DNA from: the human T2T-CHM13v2.0 reference genome, Homo sapiens
DNA length: 64,000 nucleotides
Reading direction: 5' to 3' (one strand)
Assembly (NCBI RefSeq): GCF_009914755.1
Contig: NC_060930.1
Shown piece by piece: positions 58,253-64,000 of this stretch. The notes under the pieces are model-generated. The model was not told the DNA's origin. It saw nothing but the letters and a program-made list of their open reading frames with translations, and did not search any database. The first letter of the stretch is position 1. The number at the start of each line of letters is the position of its first letter. A program made the translations under genes and the position numbers.

Positions 58253-58727
58253 AAGGGAGAAAAGGAAGGAAGGAAGGAGGGAGGAAGGAAGGAAGGAAGG
58301 AAGGAAGGAGGGAGGGAGGGAGGAGGGAAGGAAGGAAGGAGGGAGGGAGGGAGGAGGGAGGGAGGGAGGAAGGAAGGAAAGAAGGAAGGAAGGAAGGAAG
58401 GAAGGAAGGAAAGAAGGAAGGAAGGAAGGAAGGAAGGAAAGAAGGAAAGAAGGAAGGAAGGAAGGAAGGAAGGAAGGAAAGAAGGAAGGAAGGAAGGAAG
58501 GAAGGAAGGAAGGAAAGAAGGAAGGAAGGAAGGAAGGAAGGAAGGAAAGAAGGAAGGAAGGAAGGAAGGAAAGAAGGAAGGAAGGAAGGAAGGAAGGAAG
58601 GAAGGAAGGAAAGAAGGAAGGAAGAAAGGAAGGAAAGAAGGAAGGAAGGAAGGAAGGAAGGAAGGAAGGAAAGAAGGAAGGAAGAAAGGAAGGAAAGAAG
58701 GAAGGAAGGAAGGAAGGAAGGGAGAGA
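58253..58727 (+). repeat. Long (GGAA)n/(GGAG)n polypurine microsatellite
   Basis: 475 nt containing only A and G. Confidence 0.96.
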
Positions 58728-59529
58728 TACAGCAATTTCACTATTCCACCCATGCACCTAGCAGCTGCGTTTATTGTTATTTATTTCCTCCCTTTTGAGC
58801 TAGATCCTTTTTTTCTCATTTAGTCCAACAGAGATTGTCCTCCTGGTGTGACCTTTTATTCTTCCCTTTTCCTTCACCCCTCCAGGCTATTGCCCTCATG
58901 CCAGTAACTAGATAACACACTCTATCAAAGATTTTTTTAAAAAATCATTGGGAAGGCACTAGGGCTGATAGTGGCATCAATCGTAGCCTGACACGAGCTG
59001 GGGTCAACCATTTATCTCTTTACATAGCCTGTGGTTACTGCAGTGGCCATCTTGACTTGCTACATCTTAACAACCTTGTGCAGATGTTGCCTCTCCCAAC
59101 ACTGATAATATCTGCTCCCCCAGTCCTTTTGCTTTCCTTGTTTGGCATATTTCTTTGTTTTATTCTGGTGGACATCTTTTCATAATAAATCAGGGCAAGA
59201 ATAAGTGAAGCCCCTCCCGTGTTTCAGAGCCCTTCCATATTTCAGGGCAAGGGAGATAATTATGGGCTATACAAAGAATCTTGCTCTTTGTACCAATATT
59301 TTCAAACTAAAATCAAAACACTTTTGTTCCTTAGTAAATAGTCATATCCTTGAAGTTAAAGTGAATTCATGTAGCATTGCTCTTATTTCACTGGATATGA
59401 GATTTTATCAAAAGTTTTTTATGAACTCATTTATTTTCCATTCTATCCCACTCTTTTCCCATCTCTCTCTCTCTCTCTACCCCCAAAATACCATTCACTA
59501 GCTTTTTTTTTTGTAACTTATTCAGCAGG

Positions 59530-59760
59530 CAGCATCATGATTAAGAGAAAGTTGAAAGTTAGGCAGACTACATTTCAAACTCATAGCTCCAACATTATTA
59601 GCCACAGGGCCTAGGGCAAGTCTCCTAACATTTTGAAGCATCCGTTTCCTTATCTGCAAAATGGAGCTAATACTATCTACTCAGAGTGCTATGAAAATAA
59701 GTAGAAAAAATACTTAAATGCCATGTGTCTGTCACATATAAATGTTCAATGTATTTGAGT
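59530..59760 (+). mobile_element. MIR
   Basis: gggcaagtctcctaac...gtttccttatctgcaaaatggagctaata. Confidence 0.7.
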
Positions 59761-60719
59761 TGCCACTTACTGTCTTAAAGTTAATGAAGAGTTAGTTGCT
59801 CAGACAATGGAATCTGGTGCCAAGCATCATGGACAACCCTATATACAAAACTCATCTTTACTGCCACTTTTTCTACCACTGTAACTTCACTTATTTGGGT
59901 CTCCAAGAAATCTGTTTAAAAATGGAAATACACTTGGGAAGTTTTAGACCTTATAAACATAAACTTTAAATAAGACTGGAATGGAAGATAGAAACAAAAG
60001 AAAGAGAAAATAAAAGAGACTCAAAGGAAAACTTGGTTTATGTGTATTGTGCTCTAATTTTTAATACAAACCCTAGATGCCTCACGCCTTCTAGAAATTC
60101 AAATAAATGTAAAATATAGCCACTATGAGAGATACCCAAGTTAAAACTCACCTTCACCCTTAAAATTCCCATTAGCAGATTCTTCTTTTCAAAGGATAAC
60201 CTACATAACATAGTCCTCACTTAAAAAAATAAAAGTAAATAAGCTGATAGCTGTTGAAGGTAGACAATGGGTACACAGGGCTCATTATGCTATTCTCTCT
60301 ATTGTCACATATTTAAAATTGATTATTTTAAAAGTTAAATAAAATAGGCCCCAATAAATACATTGCCTTAAATAGGCTAATTGTGATGTATTTCCAGTTG
60401 TGCCAAAGCCCAGTAAAGAATAGGGTCAATATCCCCTGATGCTGAAAGGGATTGTTTCTTAAGACTTCACAGAGAAATCTTAAATTGTACTTTAATGATG
60501 GACTTTATGGATAAATATATAGTCATAGAAATAAATATATCACTCCAAGCATTGCCAATGTTAATCTTATGACCATTCCAGATTTATTCACTCAACATAC
60601 AGATAGCATTTTTAAATTATTTCATCATATTCCTATACTTCTACACCCAATGCCTGTAGATACTGAAATTAGGAGTTACTATCTCTAAACTCTCCAGCTT
60701 GAAGATTATGGGGCAAGAG

Positions 60720-60955
60720 TGCCAAAGAGCACAGGCTCTGGAATCATTATGTCTCAATTTGAGTCCCTGCTCTGCCACTTTCCAGCTGTGGGTCCTGAGA
60801 CAAGCTTCTAAGCATTTCTGAATGGTTATCAACCTGTAAAATTGAGATGATAATAGTCATCACTTTAAAGTTTCATTCTGAGGATTAAATGGGCAGTTCA
60901 AGTAAAGGGTTTCACACAGTTCCTGACAAGAAGCAAGCATTCAATTAATGTTACC
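60720..60955 (+). mobile_element. MIR
   Basis: aagagcacaggctctggaatca...ctctgccactt.ccagctgtg...ctgtaaaattgagatgataatagt. Confidence 0.75.
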
Positions 60956-62800
60956 CCTTCCCATTATTATTAGTAGTAGTAGTAGTTCTTTACAATAAAA
61001 TACAGAAATATGCTTCTCTAGGTGGCATCATAGCAAGTATTGAATACCCTAATATGTTTTTCTTTCCATTTTTCTCAATCTTCCCAAAACAGCGATTACA
61101 TACTTGGTTGTTTCATTTTAATGTTTGAAAAGTATCAATTTATCCAAGTGAAGTTATGAATTCTGTGAGCAGAAGAGATGAGGCAAAGAAATCAAGAATC
61201 ACTCCCTGATTCAGTGGTGCCTGGATTTGAAAGGGTGCAGTATGAAGATGAGTTTAAACGCTGGCATGGCTCTCCCAATTTCCACACAATTTCCTTGTGG
61301 AGAAGCCACCAGTACAGGGAAATTTTAGAACAATTTTACCAAGAGAAAAGAACCCAGACCCCTGCTTTCTTAGTCTCCCCTCAGGCGTGGGCACTGAAGG
61401 CTTCAATGAGAGGCTGGAAGACTCTAACTGTGGCCCAAATTTCATGCCACATGGCAGAGCAAGGCTTTTTTCCAGGAGCAGTGCATTGTTAACTTATCAG
61501 ACACATTAATAAATTCCTATCTCAAATGTGCAGAAAACTCACACAAAAAGAGAAGCAAGCTTGTCTTCTTTCTGCTCCATTCCAGCTCTGGGTTAAGAAG
61601 GTACTACCTTCAGTATTGCTGGTACAAGGGTCCTGGTTCAAACCTTCAGTCCCTGCCCCCATTAAAATGTAAAACTAGATTCAACCATCACGGAGTGGCA
61701 CCAGAGGATTGCAATTTCATCCAGCATGATTTTTATTAGCCTTGCAATTTCTTAATGGGCTCCCCTGAGGGCTGGCTGGTAGAATCCTGCACTACCAGTC
61801 CGGATTTGCTACAGGCAGCTTAATAAACATGGTATCTTCCCCGTGACAATTGTCATAACATCTGACCAGGGTGCAGAAGGCAGAGCTAAAGGTTAACAAA
61901 ACCACTGCTCAGGTGGCAGGGAGGTGAGTGGGGAGAATGTTGGAAATTGTAATCTGAAGGCAAAGGCTGCCTGCTGGGTTGGTGATTCTTCCAGCCTGGC
62001 CAGAGCTCCCAGGAGCCGAGCAGGCAGCTTGCTGCCTTCTATAATCAGCATCTTTTACACATCTCATCAGTGTCACTGTTCCTGACGTCTCATTATGCAC
62101 CAGAGGTGGAAGTGGACAGGTACCGAACACTTGAACTTTTACTTTTCTTATTATTTCCATGGAGCACCATGAAGCTGGGAGTTAATTAAGTCCCGTGGGA
62201 CAGGCAATCAGTGTCTTTTTTGCTAAGTTAAATTACATTATACACAGATGCAAAAAAGAGGAGAAAAAATAATCCCTCAGCTGTTTCCTAGTTAATAGAG
62301 TAAGTTAGAAATATGATGATGCCAAACTGGAAGCTGAAGTTGATAGCTCCTTAGCATACGAGGTGTCTAATGAAGTCATATGACAAATCCACCAGGGATC
62401 TCCTTCCTTAAAGGATCTCAAAGCACTTTTACAAACACTTTTAAAGAACTTCCTGCCTCAACTCTGACAAAGTTAATTGGGGGATGATAGTCAATTCGAT
62501 AGTTTAGGGAGGAAATTGTACTCAGCCAGACTGGAGAAGAAAACTTCCTTGGATGTATAAGATGTTAGACTGAAAAGAAACCTTCAGAGGTAAGACAGAA
62601 TCAGACAGTGTCAAAGTGGAAAGGGAGCTAAAAATGACCTAGCCCAAAATTTCCCAAAGTGTTCCACAGAGAGCCAATAGGTGTTGTATGGAAGAAAAAA
62701 AAATAAGATTTTTATGACCAAATAAGCTTAGGAAAGACTGGTTTCAACAGAGTAAAACTGCCTTCCTTCCTGCAGGACTCTCCAAGCTTTTAATGTCTGA

Positions 62801-63168
<368 letters not shown>

Positions 63169-63277
63169 CAGAACACTTTTTTTTCTAATGAGACATGTTT
63201 CTTTACTAATTGCTTACAGAATTCACATTGGAACATGTTGATTTTGTCCAGTTACAGATGGGGAAACTAAGAGGTTC

Positions 63278-63616
63278 TTTGGTTTTGTTTTTTTGGGTTT
63301 GTTGTTGTTGTTGTTTGTTTTTTTCCTTGAGACAGAGTATTACTCTGCTGCCCAGGCTGGAATGCAGTGCAGTGGCATAATCATGACTCACTGCAGTCTC
63401 CATCTCCTAGGCTGAGGCGATCCTCCCACCTCAGACTCCCGAGTAGCTAGGACCACAGGCACACGCCACTATGCCCAGCTACTTTTTTGCATTATTTGTA
63501 GAGATGAGGTCTCCCTATGTTGCCCAGGCTGGTCTCAGACTCCTGGGCACAAGTGATCCAACTGCCTCAGCCTCCCAAAGTACTGGAATTACAGGAGTGA
63601 GCCATCTCGCCCAGCC
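63278..63616 (-). mobile_element. AluJ
   Basis: Diverged dimeric Alu with decayed T/G tail. Confidence 0.88.
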
Positions 63617-64000
63617 ATGAGGTTTTCCCCAGACGTGCCTCCAAGCACACAGGTAGGTAACACCCAAGCCTTGAATTAGGACTTAGATCAGCCAATCTCA
63701 GACCACTATATCATACCACCTCCCTCTGTAACTTACCAGGAATCTAAAACACCCTACAAGAATCAGGTATGCTCTCTGGTCACCCTGCGTTTCTTTGTAT
63801 TACTTTCAGAATACTCATCCTTCATCCTTTTTCACCTGCAGTCTTAAGACACCTCATTTCCTTATGTTCTCACCCCTCGTGGAAGCACTGCCTGTCATGT
63901 AATGGCATCTGAGCTCCAAGAGAACAGCAGCTACATGTTTTAGAACTCACCTTACCTGCCATCAGGCCACAGCTCAGCAAGACTAGAGTTCTGACTCTGA

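Noticed and set aside
58202-58757. 181 and 183 aa SFLP-repeat ORFs
   Set aside because: Translation of the (TTCC)n microsatellite.

Overview
Human genomic DNA (human-specific AluYb8 and an SVA_E-like element are present) from inside the PKHD1 (fibrocystin/polyductin) gene, which runs on the minus strand. There are only two coding exons: 26908-27064 (157 nt, probably exon 36) and 1144-1356 (213 nt, probably exon 37). They splice in frame and encode most of the first G8 domain. The rest is intron, rich in mobile elements: a two-LTR HERV-H provirus nested in an LTR8A solo LTR and itself carrying an AluYb8, a full-length SVA, a 7SL retropseudogene, MER4/MLT LTRs, L1/L2/MIR fragments, Alus and several microsatellites. 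I found no evidence of a new protein-coding or prokaryote-type system; nearly all ORF-track entries are spurious or decayed retroviral frames. The most unusual structures are (1) an SVA 5' junction with three copies of its target-site duplication, (2) an old L1PB 3' transduction polyadenylated at an MLT1 signal, (3) the three-level LTR8A>HERV-H>AluYb8 nest, (4) a 475-nt pure-purine GGAA tract and (5) several small hairpin or templated-insertion scars. Repeat subfamily names and exon numbers come from recalled consensus sequences, not from a search.
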